NCBI GenBank assembly: GCA_002269645.1
Contig: NIVC01000572.1
Location: 124,001-188,000 of the forward strand
Direction of reading: 5' to 3'
Length of the DNA stretch: 64,000 nucleotides
DNA from: Macrostomum lignano
Lineage: Eukaryota
In this document: in pieces, positions 36,893 through 48,925 of the stretch
Layout: each line of letters begins with the position of its first letter
Numbering within the stretch: position 1 is the first letter of the stretch
Made by a program: the position numbers and the translations under genes
The notes under the pieces: model-generated
Databases searched by the model: none
Seen by the model: only the letters and a program-made list of their open reading frames with translations
What the model was told of the DNA's origin: nothing

Positions 36893-38635
36893 CCACAGAA
36901 TAGAGTGACACACAATGGAGAGACTGACCCACAGAATGGAGAGTGACCCACAGAATGGAGAGTGACCCACAGAATGGAGAGTGACCCACGGAATGGAGAG
37001 AGACTCACAGAATGAAGTGAATGACCCACAATGAAGAAAGTGACCCGATGAATTAGGAGAGTGACCCACAGAATGGAGAGTGACCAACAGAATGCAGAGT
37101 GACCCACAGAATGGAGAGTGACCCACGGAATGAAGAGAGACTCACAGAATGAAGTGAATGACCCACAATGAAGAAAGTGACCCAAGGAATTAGGAGAGTG
37201 ACCCACAGAATGGAGAGTGACCCACGGAATGGAGAGAGACTCACAGAATGAAGTGAATGACCCACAATGAAGAAAGTGACCCAAGGAATTAGGAGAGTGA
37301 CCCACAGAATGGAGTGACCCACAGAATGGAGAGTTTAACCCACAGAATGAAGAGTGACCCACAGAATGCAGAGTGACACACAGAATGGAGAGTGACCCAC
37401 AGAATGGAGAGTGACCCACAGAATGAGGAGCATGACCTAAATAATGGAGAGTGACCCACAGAATAGAGTGACCCATAGAATAGAGAGTGACCCACAGAAT
37501 GGAGAGAGACTCACAGAATGAAGTGAATGACCCACAATGAAGAAAGTGACCCGATGAATTAGGAGAGTGACCCACATAATGGAGAGTGACCCACAGAATG
37601 CAGAGTGACCCACAGAATGGAGAGTGACCCACGGAATGAAGAGAGACTCACAGAATGAAGTGAATGACCCACAATGAAGAAAGTGACCCAAGGAATTAGG
37701 AGAGTGACCCACAGAATGGAGAGTGACCCACGGAATGGAGAGAGACTCACAGAATGAAGTGAATGACCCACAATGAAGAAAGTGACCCAAGGAATTAGGA
37801 GAGTGACCCACAGAATGGAGTGACCCACAGAATGGAGAGTTTAACCCACAGAATGAAGAGTGACCCACAGAATGCAGAGTGACACACAGAATGGAGAGTG
37901 ACCCACAGAATGGAGAGTGACCCACAGAATGAGGAGCATGACCTAAATAATGGAGAGTGACCCACAGAATAGAGTGACCCATAGAATAGAGAGTGACCCA
38001 CAGAATGGAGAGAGACTCACAGAATGAAGTGAATGACCCACAATGAAGAAAGTGACCCGATGAATTAGGAGAGTGACCCACATAATGGAGAGTGACCCAC
38101 AGAATGCAGAGTGACCCACAGAATGGAGAGTGACCCACGGAATGAAGAGAGACTCACAGAATGAAGTGAATGACCCACAATGAAGAAAGTGACCCAAGGA
38201 ATTAGGAGAGTGACCCACAGAATGGAGAGTGACCCACGGAATGGAGAGAGACTCACAGAATGAAGTGAATGACCCACAATGAAGAAAGTGACCCAAGGAA
38301 TTAGGAGAGTGACCCACAGAATGGAGTGACCCACAGAATGGAGAGTTTAACCCACAGAATGAAGAGTGACCCACAGAATGCAGAGTGACACACAGAATGG
38401 AGAGTGACCCACAGAATGGAGAGTGACCCACAGAATGAGGAGCATGACCTAAATAATGGAGAGTGACCCACAGAATAGAGTGACCCATAGAATAGAGAGT
38501 GACCCACAGAATGGAGAGTGACCCACAGAATGGAAAGAGTGAACCACAGAATGAAGAGCGTGACCTACAGAAAACAGAGTGACCCACAGAATGGAGTGAG
38601 TGATCCACCGAATGAAGAGTGTGACCCACAAGAAA
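36893..38635. repeat. Complex satellite: ~19-bp monomer (GAGTGACCCACAGAATGGA) with a 506-bp higher-order repeat
   Basis: Identical spurious ORFs recur at 37053/37559/38065 and 37289/37795/38301 (period 506 bp). Confidence 0.9.
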
Positions 38636-39411
38636 GTAAGGCACTACGTTATTATCATTAGCCTCAAAGCTGTCAGTCCCTTCTATCCATAAATCGCAGG
38701 AGCGTCAACAGCGGCTGCGACAGCGGACAAGATCAACAGAGCGACACAGTGGTATCAGGAAGCTCCTCAGTGACCCAGTTAAACAGTGGACAGTCTGTTT
38801 CTTAAACTTGTTAGCAACAGTTTTTTGTGTTATATTTAAGTTGTTAAAACTCTATTTTTGCGTTTTTTTCGTTGTCAATTCAGTCTGTCTGTTGCTCCTG
38901 GAAGACTATCGGCACGCATCCAAGTGTTTTTTGTTGTTGATCCTCTGTTGCAGTCTCACTAACTCTAAAAGTACCATTTTGTAACTCATTAATATATTCT
39001 AATTTGTCTACTTAGCCGGATGATTTCAGTAGTCAGGTGCGGTTTTGAAAGATAATTTAAACCGAAAAAAGTGCTCTCAAATTTCTGGAACGCCTGAAAA
39101 GTGCCATTTATTAATAGTACTAATAATACTTTAAACTAATGGATATAAACTGCTTTCATAATAATATAAGGCTCGAGTAGATGATAATTATTTTGAATAT
39201 GCATTGATTTGGATTTCTTTGAATTCTAGAGATATTATTATATGCTGCATATAAATACTAATAAGCATGTCGGTGAATTCTTAGTTCTACATTACCAAAT
39301 GTTTGTTTGTTTATTAGTATTTATTGAAACATTACTATTTTATACTTGTATGAAAATTCTGCAAAGCATTCCGGTTTTATAACGTTTCTTTTTGTATAAA
39401 TACTGTTTGAT

Positions 39412-40537
39412 CAGGGGTCGGCCAGCTTGCTTACTTCAAGGCCACATCAAAGAGGAAAGGAAAAAAGGTGAGTGGATAGATAAGATGAGATATGAAAGGA
39501 CAGAAAGAGATGAGAGAGAGAGAGACAAAAGAGGTGACAGGATAGATGAAATGAGAGAAGAGATGCGAGTGAGACGAGAGAGGAGGTGAGAGGATAGATG
39601 AGATTAGAGATAAAAGGAGAGAAAAGACGAGAGAGGAGGTGAGAGGATAGATGAGATTAGAGATAAAAGGAGAGTAGAGACGAGAGAGGAGTTGAGAGGA
39701 TAGATGAGATTAGAGATGAAAGGAGAGTAGAGACGAGAGAGGAGGTGAGAGGATAGATGAGATTAGAGATGAAAGGAGAGTAGAGACGAGAGAGGAGGTG
39801 AGAGGATAGATGAGATTAGAGATGAAAGGAGAGTAGAGACGAGAGAGGAGTTGAGAGGATAGATGAGATTAGAGATAAAAGGAGAGAAAAGACGAGAGAG
39901 GAGGTGAGAGGATAGATGAGATTAGAGATAAAAGGAGAGAAAAGACGAGAGAGGAGGTGAGAGGATAGATGAGATTAGAGATAAAAGGAGAGTAGAGACG
40001 AGAGAGGAGGTGAGAGGATAGATGAGATTAGAGATGAAAGGAGAGTAGAGACGAGAGAGGAGGTGAGAGGATAGATGAGATTAGAGATGAAAGGAGAGTA
40101 GAGACGAGAGAGGAGGTGAGAGGATAGATGAGATTAGAGATTAAAGGAGAGTAGAGACGAGAGAGGAGGTGAGAGGATAGATGAGATTAGAGATGAAAGG
40201 AGAGTAGAGACGAGAGAGGAGGTGAGAGGATAGATGAGATTAGAGATTAAAGGAGAGTAGAGACGAGAGAGGAGGTGAGAGGATAGATGAGATTAGAGAT
40301 GAAAGGAGTGAAGAGACGAGAGAGGAGGTGAGAGGATAGATGAGATTAGAGATAAAAATGAGAGAAGAGATTAGAGAGAGGTGAGAGTATAGATGAGATT
40401 AGAGATAAGAAAGAGGATGAGAGAAGGGAGCAGAGGAGAGACACAAACATTGAGCGGGCCGGATTGCTATTGTGAAGTTTCAAAGGACCCAAGGGCCGAA
40501 TAAAGAAGCTTTGGGGGCCCGAGTTGGCCGACCCCTG
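39412..40537. mobile_element. hAT-like non-autonomous element carrying an internal 53-bp GA-rich tandem array (~39535-40400)
   Basis: TIRs CAGGGGTCGGCCA / TGGCCGACCCCTG. The subterminal motif GAGACACAA..TTGAGC.GGCCGGATT..TATTGT.AAGTT is shared with partial copies at ~13580-13630 (+) and ~20700-20750 (-). The TSD is only approximate (CTGTTTGA / CTGTATGA). Confidence 0.7.
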
Positions 40538-41004
40538 ATCTGTATGAGATAAGTTTCGCTTGCTAAGTCTGATGGATTAAAGAAACTAAATCTTTTCCCG
40601 TTGGTCATTTTCTTTTCTCATCTGGGCTGCCTTCTGTCTTTGACAGAGCGCAGTCATCTGTAACTCTATCTGAAGTACAATTATATTAAAGCAACTCTGA
40701 AGTTTCCTCATATTTGGTATTTAAGTACAAGTGTGTAGCTTTATTCATTGGTTGTTTCCGAATCTTACTAACTCCCTTTTATAAGCTGCTTGTATTGTCT
40801 CATAATAATTGGTTTTGAGGTCTGGTTTCAATTTTTGTTTAATTTGTTTATTCATGTTGGCAAAGTAAATTTGTTAAGAACACCGAGAAATATTGCCACA
40901 ATATTTATTTATCCAAGTCCGTGCTTGTCTGCACTTGTTTTAGTGATTTTGCTGGGCCATTGATTAGCTCTGCCTAAACTACATAGCCTCCAAGATCTTC
41001 AGTT

Positions 41005-41840
41005 GCTGGGCCAGCCTCCCAGAGTGTCTGTTGCTGGGCCAGCCTCCCAGATCCCCAGTTGCTGGGCCAGCCTCCCAGATCCTCAGTTGCTGGGCCACCA
41101 GCCTCCCAGATCCTCAGTTGCTTAGCCAGCCTCCCAGATCCCCAGTTGCTGGGCCAGCCTCCCAGATCCTCAGTTGCTGGGCCACCAGCCTCCCAGATCC
41201 TCAGTTGCTGGGCCATCCTCCCAGAGTGTCAGTTGCTGGGTCGTCAGCCTCCCAGATCCTCAGTTGCTGAGTCACCAGCTTCCCAGAGTGTCAGTTGCTG
41301 GGCCACCAGCCTCCCAGAGTGTCAGTTGCTGGGCCACCAGCCTCCCAGAGTGTCAGTTGCTGGGCCAGTCTCCCAGATCCCCAGTTGCTGGGTCAACAGC
41401 CTCCCAGATCCCCAGTTGCTGGGTCAACAGCCTCCCAGATCCCCAGTTGCTGGGTCAACAGCCTCCCAGAGTGTCAGTTGCTGGGCCACCAGCCTCCCAG
41501 AGTGTCAGTTGCTGGGCCAGTCTCCCAGGTCCCCAGTTGCTGGGTCAACAGCCTCCCAGATCCCCAGTTGCTGGGTCAACAGCCTCCCAGATCCCCAGTT
41601 GCTGGGCCACCAGCCTCCCAGAGTGTCAGTTGCTGGGCCAGTCTCCCAGATCCCCAGTTGCTGGGTCAACAGCCTCCCAGATCCCCAGTTGCTGGGTCAA
41701 CAGCCTCCCAGATCCCCAGTTGCTGGGTCAACAGCCTCCCAGATCCCCAGTTGCTGGGTCAACAGCCTCCCAGATCCCCAGTTGCTGGGTCAACAGCCTC
41801 CCAGATCCCCAGTTGCTGGGTGAACAGCCTCCCAGATCCC
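41005..41840. repeat. 28-31-bp variant-unit minisatellite (CCTCCCAGATCCCCAGTTGCTGGGTCAACAG) upstream of HSF
   Basis: About 28 copies with modular variants; no ATG seen within it. Confidence 0.9.
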
Positions 41841-41911
41841 GAGTCGCTGCAGCTCTAGAACACGCACCGAACCCCGATCACAATTGCAGCCAGTCACTCT
41901 CCAGCGCTAGC

Positions 41912-42613
41912 ATGCCAGCAGTGGTGGGATCCGAGCAGCTGCCTGAGTCCCAGCCAGGCCAACAGCCCGCCGCAGGTGCCTCTCCAAATCTTCGACGCGG
42001 CCTGCCCGGCGGCCTGCCCGGCTTCCTGGTGAAGCTATGGACTCTGGTCAACGATCCCACTATCGATTCGATAATCAGCTGGGACTCAACCGGCGATTGC
42101 ATCCTCATCTCGGATGGCAACGCTCTCGCGGCTGAGGTTCTGCCTTTGTACTTTAAGCACAACAACTTGGCCAGCTTCACGCGCCAGTTGAACATGTACG
42201 GCTTTCACAAGCTGGCATCCGCCGATAGCAGCGGTCAGATGCACTTTCAGCATCCGTACTTTCGGCAGGGACAGCCGGAGCTGTTGCCAAGCGTCAACCG
42301 TCAGATGCTTGGAGGCGGCGGCCGGTACAGCCTGGCTCTGACTACTAGGCATGGCGGTACTGCGGCAACTACAGGCGACGCTATGGATCCGCAGCAGCAG
42401 CCATCGGTGTCAGGGGGCACCGCACCGTGTGAGGGCACCTCTGACGGAGTCGACCCGGTGTCGCTTAACGGTCGCGACGCTGTGCAGGCCGCGCTGACCG
42501 AAATGCGCACGCGGCAGTCGGCTACTGATCAACAGCTGCGGCGGCTGTGCGATGAGAATCATAAACTGTGGCTGGAATTGGATAACCTGCGGGTGCAGCA
42601 CCAGCAGCAGCAG
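41912..42613 (+). CDS. HSF1: Heat shock transcription factor, exon with DNA-binding domain and HR-A/B
   Basis: PGFLVKLWTLVNDP...ISWD...YFKHNNLASFTRQLNMYGFHK...FQHPYFRQGQPELL (HSF DBD), then heptads ...ENHKLWLELDNLRVQHQQQQ. Donor CAG|GTGAGG. First ATG at 41912. Confidence 0.92.
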
Positions 42614-42621
42614 GTGAGGCT

Positions 42622-43280
42622 GGGTGTCTAACACAGAACAGGCCATGTCTAACACACAGAACAGGCTGTCTAACACACAAAACAGGCTGCCTAACACAGA
42701 ACAGGCTGTCTAACACACAAAACAGGCTGCCTAACACACAAAACAGGCTGTCTAACACAGAACAGGCTGTCTAACACACAAAACAGGCTGTCTAACACAC
42801 AAAACAGGCTGCCTAACACACAGAACAGGCCATGTCTAACACACAGAACAGGCTGTCTAACACACAGAACAGGCTGTCTAACACAGAACAGGCTGTCTAA
42901 CACACAAAACAGGCTGTCTAACACACAAAACAGGCTGCCTAACACACAGAACAGGCCGTCTAACACACAGAACAGGCTGTCTAACACAGAACAGGCTGTC
43001 TAACACAGAACAGGCTGTCTAACACACAGAACAGGCTGTCTAACACACAGAACAGTCCGTCCAACACACACAACAGGCCGTCCTAACACACAGAACAGGC
43101 TGTCTAACACACAAAACAGGTCGTCTAACACACACAACAGGCCGTCTAACACACAGAACAGGCTGTCTAACACACAAAACAGGTCGTCTAACACACAGAA
43201 CAGGCTGTCTAACACACAGAACAGGCCGTCTAACACACAGAACAGGCCGTCTAACACTTGAAACAGGCTGTCTAACAACT
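42622..43280. repeat. 20-21-bp minisatellite (AACAGGCTGTCTAACACACAG) filling the HSF intron
   Basis: About 31 copies starting a few nt after the donor. Confidence 0.92.
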
Positions 43281-43363
43281 GAAAATAGATTACATTTTTG
43301 TACAAACTGATGACAGACTATTATATAAAGTTAACCTGTCCATCAAACCCACCATCACTGCAG

Positions 43364-44080
43364 GTGGCTGTCACCTGGCTCCTGGACTTCATCAAAGCCG
43401 CCATGGTGAATCGCAGCGCCAATCAAGGCGTCAGCGGCGGCGGCGGCATCCGGGGGCCTCGAATAAGCGAGCCCGACCTGCAGTCTGCTGCTGACAGCTC
43501 CGCCGCTGCTGCCGCTGCAGCCTCCTCGATGGGGCCGTTGGGCGCTGCCACCTCTAGCGGCTCCGTACCGTCCGGCACATCCGGTTTCAACCGGAAGCGG
43601 CCATATCCGTTCTCCTACCCGCAGCAGCAGCAGCTGATGGCTATCGAGATGCCCCCTGCGGCACCAGCCATCGAGGCTCCCCGTCAGCGTCGGGCCATCA
43701 CGCAGCTGCCGCCAATGCCGACTACCCCGCAGCCGCCGCCGCCGCTGACGCCGACAGCCGTGTCGACCTCCGCCGAGTCTCCCAGCATCGCCGACTTCTG
43801 CCCGGAAGCATTCAGCGCAGATATCAATTCCCGACAAGCCGACTTGGACGGCATTGTGAATGCTCTGGAGACTGACGAATCGTTGGACTTCGATGTTGAC
43901 AGGCTGCTGGCTGAGCTGGTGCAGTCGCCGCCGACTCCACAGCAACCGCCGGCTTCTGTGCCAGCGGCGGCGACCGATTTAACCAAACAGCAACCGCCTG
44001 ACCCAAATAACTCTGAAGACGCTGAGCCGCCACTGCTGGACAGCTGTTTGACTGAGTATCCGGGACAATTGTTTAATTAA
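43364..44080 (+). CDS. HSF1: HSF exon 2 (end of HR-A/B, regulatory and acidic C-terminal region); total ~472 aa
   Basis: Acceptor CTGCAG|GTG in phase 0. VAVTWLLDFIKAAM matches the KVVNKLIQFL position; stop TAA at 44078-44080. Confidence 0.85.
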   Translation: MAVTWLLDFIKAAMVNRSANQGVSGGGGIRGPRISEPDLQSAADSSAAAAAAASSMGPLGAATSSGSVPSGTSGFNRKRPYPFSYPQQQQLMAIEMPPAAPAIEAPRQRRAITQLPPMPTTPQPPPPLTPTAVSTSAESPSIADFCPEAFSADINSRQADLDGIVNALETDESLDFDVDRLLAELVQSPPTPQQPPASVPAAATDLTKQQPPDPNNSEDAEPPLLDSCLTEYPGQLFN

Positions 44081-44278
44081 ATTTTGTATATGAACTATTG
44101 TGTTTATTATATGTATTATTATATTATCGTCATATTTTAATTAGAATGTATTTTGCATACCTGCAAATATATATGCAGTAAACTATTTTGTGCATCGTTT
44201 TATATTTAGCTACTACTTGTTTGTGTATATAATAGTAGTATATAGTCGATTTAACGACATACAATTTTAAACAGATTC

Positions 44279-44445
44279 ACATCAGAGGGGGTCATCTGAC
44301 CCCACCGATTAACATCCAAAGGGGTCATCTGACCCAACCGATTAACATCAGAGGGGGTCATCTGACCTCACCGATTAACATCCGAGGGGGTCATCTGACC
44401 CAACCGATTAACATCAGAGGGGGTCATCTGACCCCACCGATCTAC
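44279..44445. repeat. 33-bp tandem x5 with internal palindrome GGGGTCA-TC-TGACCCC
   Basis: Unit ACATCAGAGGGGGTCATCTGACCCCACCGATTA. Confidence 0.85.
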
Positions 44446-44849
44446 ATTTTTAATGAAAAAAGTAAATTTAGAACTATATATACAAAAATATTGAAGCTAC
44501 TTTAAGTAGCTAATGAAATGACTACCTGGTAGATTAATAAAATTGTCTATAGATTTATCCGTTATTTTTTGTCGGTTAATGTAAATTGAAAATATGAAAT
44601 TTGTTTTGCGTATTTGGGCATCGTTGTATTTTTTTCATCATTTTTTATGATCTGAACATTGCTTCGGTTACCAACGTAAGATGATTTCAAACATTTGCAG
44701 ACAGCAAACTGCCCCTTCATATCCGCACTCGACATCGCATATATTTCAGCATTTCTTGTAACTCCCGTGTCGGCACTAAGATTTATACGCCTTAAATTTC
44801 CAACCTTCAGATGTTTTGAGCTGGCATTAATGTTTTGCGAAAATCGCCC

Positions 44850-45922
44850 TTCGGAGTCTACCCAGATAATCGCCTTTTGAATCTACCCAGATAATCTCCT
44901 TTTGAATCTACCCAGATAATCGCCTTTGGAGTCTACCCAGATAATCGCCTTTGGAGTCTACCCAGATAATCGCCTTTGGAGTCTATCCTGATAATCGCCT
45001 TTGGAATCTACCCAGATAATCTCCTTTTGAATCTACCCAGATAATCTCCTTTGGAGTCTACCCAGATAATCGCCTTTGGAGTCTATCCAGATAATCGCCT
45101 TTGGAGTCTATCCAGATAATCGCCTTTGGAGTCTACCCAGATAATCGTCTTTGGAGTCTACACAGATAATCTCCTTTTGAATCTACCCAGATAATCGTCT
45201 TTTAAATCTTCCCAGATAATCTCCTTTTGAATCTACCCAGATAATCTCCTTTGGAGTCTACCCAGATAATCTCCTTTGGAGTCTACCCAGATAATCTTCT
45301 TTTGAATCTACCCAGATAATCTCCTTTTGAATCTACCCAGATAATCTCATTTGGAGTCTACCCAGATAATCGTCTTTGGAGTCTACCCAGATAATCTCCT
45401 GTGGAATCTACCCAGAAAATCTCCTGTGGAATCTACCCAGAAAATCGCCTTCGGAATCTACCCAGATAATCGCCTTTGGAGTCTACCCAGATAATCTCAT
45501 TTGGAGTCTACCCAGATAATCGTCTTTGGAGTCTACCCACATAATCGCCTTTGCAGTCTACCCAGAAAATCTCCTGTGGAATCTACGCAAAAAATCTGCT
45601 GTGGAATCTACCCAGAAAATCGCCTTCGGAGTCTACCCAGATAATCGCCTTTGGAGTCTACCCAGATAATCGCCTTTGGAGTCTACCCAGATAATCGCCT
45701 TTGGAGTCTACTCAGATAATCGCCTTTGGAGTCTACCCAGAAAATCTCCTGTGGAATCTACCCAGATAATCTCCTGTGGAATCTACCCAGATAATCGCCT
45801 TTGGAGTCTACCCAGAAAATCTCCTGTGGAATCTACCCAGAAAATCTCCTGTGGAATCTACCCAGATAATCGCCTTTGGAGTCTACCCAGAAAATCTCCT
45901 GTGGAATCTACCCAGAAAATCT
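44850..45922. repeat. 25-bp minisatellite (GAGTCTACCCAGATAATCGCCTTTG) x~42
   Basis: Direct tandem periodicity. Confidence 0.92.
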
Positions 45923-46357
45923 AAATTTCAGAATTCGAAAATTCCTTACTTCAAGAGAGCCCCGGTTTTGCACTCATAAATAGATTGGATTACTGTGTTA
46001 TCAGATGGCTTCAGTGCAACGTGTAACTTCACTCGTAGAGGCCCGCTATGCGTTGCACTTGACTCACTTTGACTCACTATTTTCACCTTGTCAGGCATGG
46101 GTTGGATGTAACTTTATAATTGTATGCTTATCTAGTTATTTGTCTGCTTTCTCTAGCATGGCAGCAAGGAATGCGCTGTTTCTGCTTGTTGTTGTTTCTG
46201 AGAACAGAAGTTGCTTTTGTTGCGTCTCTCAGCACACGTGTTTAAATTTGCATCTTTAAACTGTGTGTATTTCTGTTTGCGTACAATACTCGTATGCTTG
46301 TCTGTTGCTTCTGCTGTGGAAAATGTGTATATTTTGTCTGAACTGTAACATACATTT

Positions 46358-47050
46358 TCAATAGAAGACGCTTGCTTTGTTTTCATAACGTAAAATTTTG
46401 TTATATTTTTGTTGAAAAACTTTAGCCGTAAACATTTTTGATTTAAAATTGGATTTATCTTCTCTTGGGGTCATCGTTTGGAAGGTCTTGAAGGTCGTCG
46501 GGTCAGTGAATATTCCAAAGATCATCGTTTTAACGGCCCCGAAGGTCACAGCTTTGAATCTCCTGTACATCACTGCTTTGAGGGTAGCGAAAGTCACGTG
46601 TTGAATGTACCCACAATCATTTCGTTGGTTTTGAAGATCATAGTGTTGTAGGTCCCACAGACAATCTTGTTGAAGGTTGCGAAGACGACCGAGTTAAATG
46701 TCCTGAAGATCATTGTGTTAAATGTCTCGAAGATCATTGTGTTGAATGTCCCGAAGATCATTGTGTTAAATGTCTCGAAGATCATTGTGTTGAATGTCCC
46801 GAAGATCATTGTGTTGAATGTCCCGAAGATCATTGTGTTGAATGTCCCGAAGATCATTGTGTTGAATGTCCCCAAGATCATTGTATTGAATGTCCCAAAG
46901 ATCATCGAGTTGAATGTCACGAAGATCATCGTATTGAATGTCCCAAAAATAATGATGTTGAATTTTGCAAAGATCTTCGGGTTGAATGTACCGAAGTTCA
47001 CGCGTTAAATGTCTCGAAGATAATCGATCGTCTTGACTGTCGTGAAGGCC
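46358..47050 (-). pseudogene. 24-bp repeat encoding an octapeptide repeat (F-G-T-F-N-T-M-I consensus); frameshifted coding relic or mis-sequenced gene
   Basis: ORFs 46594-47001 and 46358-46597 join by a 1-nt shift. Unit variation is concentrated at third codon positions, and the degenerate flanks keep the hydrophobic pattern (FATLKAVM, YRRFKAVT, FGAVKTMI). Confidence 0.45.
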
Positions 47051-47475
47051 TCAGAGATCGTCGGAGGTGCTGGACATCATCTGCAACTCAGAAGAGGGTC
47101 TTACAAAAGCACCAACTGAAATGTGCTATACAATAAAATTGACTAAACGCGAAGACCAGGCCGGATTCTTCGAAGACAGAAGAAAAATAACAGTGTTTAA
47201 GTCAGAAAATGTCAAGTGTCATAGCTATATATTAACTTACGCGCAAATGTTTAGTATGGTTCTATTTGTCTACTATTAGTAGAGCAGCATGAGTATCAAT
47301 TCATTTTTTATCGTATCAAGAGTATCGAAGGTCATACTAACTTGATCCAAGCAAAATCCAGCAATGTACCTTCATACGAGCGTATTGAATATCGGAGTAG
47401 AACATTATTGAGAGGGGTCACCGGCCTCCCCTGCTTGCTGGCCCCCACACCGGTTCCGACACCTATGCTAGTAAT

Positions 47476-48171
47476 TCAAGCTAGCCAATCATTGAAATCC
47501 GCTCCCAGCTTGAGGTCCGGCACAATCCGCCTCAGGTCTACCAGATTAGTGCGGTACTCCTGTCGCTTGGGCCCGTTGTAGTCCCAAACTGGTCCGCTCT
47601 TGCGCACATCGTGAACGGCAAATACTGGCTGGGACGAGTCCGTGATTGGATTTAAATTCGTCACGTCTGAGCACAGTTTAGTGAGATTCTTCACCCGGCG
47701 CAGACGGCGCACTTTTGGCTCGGAGCCTGTGACGATCCTCTTGCAGGCGCTTTCCAAACTGGACGTCCGGAATTTGCTGAAATCAGCTGAACTGCTGTTC
47801 AGGGTGTTGTTCAAATACGGATAGAAGCTGAACGATGGTGGCAGGTAAACGGTTGACATGGAGTTGTTAGTCAGCGGTGTTCGATTTGAGTATTTCTCAA
47901 TTATTCTTGTGAGTCCGAACGGTCCCGCAAATCCGAGAATGTCGAACTTTGGATCCACCACGGCCAGCTGCTCAAGTGCAAACCGGAAGAAGCTGTGATT
48001 CGGTGCCGACATGAGGAAGGCCGGATTCGCCAGCGGCTTGACTGGCCAGTTCAGGCCGAGAAACGTCAGCGAGTGCGCCTCCGGCTCTCGAGTCACCACC
48101 GCGGGGAAGCGGCGAACTTCGTCCAGACTCTGGACCAGACTGTAGTCCAGGTCGGCGTACGTGCCTCCGAA
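47476..48171 (-). CDS. GT32 (Gly_transf_sug / SUR1-OCH1-like) glycosyltransferase, exon 2
   Basis: Acceptor CCAACAG|TTC. FGGTYADLD (DxD motif), ANPAFLMSAPNHSFF, GFAGPFGLTRI, VFAVH. Stop at 47478-47476. Confidence 0.88.
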   Translation of the reverse strand, partial: FGGTYADLDYSLVQSLDEVRRFPAVVTREPEAHSLTFLGLNWPVKPLANPAFLMSAPNHSFFRFALEQLAVVDPKFDILGFAGPFGLTRIIEKYSNRTPLTNNSMSTVYLPPSFSFYPYLNNTLNSSSADFSKFRTSSLESACKRIVTGSEPKVRRLRRVKNLTKLCSDVTNLNPITDSSQPVFAVHDVRKSGPVWDYNGPKRQEYRTNLVDLRRIVPDLKLGADFNDWLA

Positions 48172-48336
48172 CTGTTGGGGTGTTCCAATGTTGGCTTTTT
48201 GTAATTCTGCGTAATATGTACTTTGTCGACAGTCTGAACAGTAGGAATACCAAGCCCATCGAACTACCAGGCTATTCCACCCCCTAACAAGTTTTTTTGA
48301 GAACACGGTCTAACTCTTTGTTGCGCACTTTCTTAA

Positions 48337-48925
48337 ACAAGAACAAAGTCGCCAGCAATTAAGACCGTCAGGATATTCAACGATTCTGCCAGAAGGTCGG
48401 ATTTCATAAGCACGTCGACCCACGTGTCTGCATCAGCTCTGATTTCGTTGGTTACTGGTCTTCATCTAGACGTAGCTTCTGGACCTTCAACAGGTGGCAT
48501 CAGGTGACTATGGACACCCTGTTGCGAATGTCTCTGTTGTCTCTGATCAAAAATCGACAGTGGGCCAGCCTCAACTGCTGCGTATCCTCAATCAGTATCT
48601 CCGCCTAGTGCCGTAGAAGAAGGCGACGGCGTCGGGATGATGACGGAATGCTTGAGAGACTGATTGAGGATACGTAGCAGTTGAGGCGTCCCCACTGTTG
48701 ATTCTTGATCAGAGACATCATGCAGAGACATTCGCAGCAGGGTGTCCATAGTCACCTGATGCCACCTGTTGAAGGTCCAGAAGCTCCGTCTAGGTGAAGG
48801 CCAGTATAACCAACGAAATCAGAGCTGATGCAGACACGTGTGATCGATGTGCTGATGAAATCTAACCTGCTGGCAAAATCGTTGAATAAACTGACGGTCT
48901 TAAGGCCTGGCGACTTGGTTCTTGT
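48337..48925. mobile_element. ~590-bp foldback (long inverted-repeat) element in the glycosyltransferase intron
   Basis: Arms 48337-48601 and 48654-48925 are ~90% complementary by eye, with a 52-nt loop. Flanked by TTAA at 48333-48336 and 48926-48929; termini ACAAGAAC...GTTCTTGT. Confidence 0.85.

Noticed and set aside
41174-41911. 246-aa repetitive N-terminal extension of HSF in the 485-aa ORF
   Set aside because: It starts at TTG inside a minisatellite with no ATG; acceptor-like sites precede the first ATG at 41912.
12598-48860. Hammerhead ribozyme cores (CTGATGA/CTGACGA at ~12599, ~13841, ~43315, ~48852)
   Set aside because: No stem II followed by GAAA and no closing stems could be built.
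48363-48899. piggyBac element bounded by the inner TTAA pair
   Set aside because: The inverted repeat continues outside these TTAAs and the termini lack the CC...GG signature.
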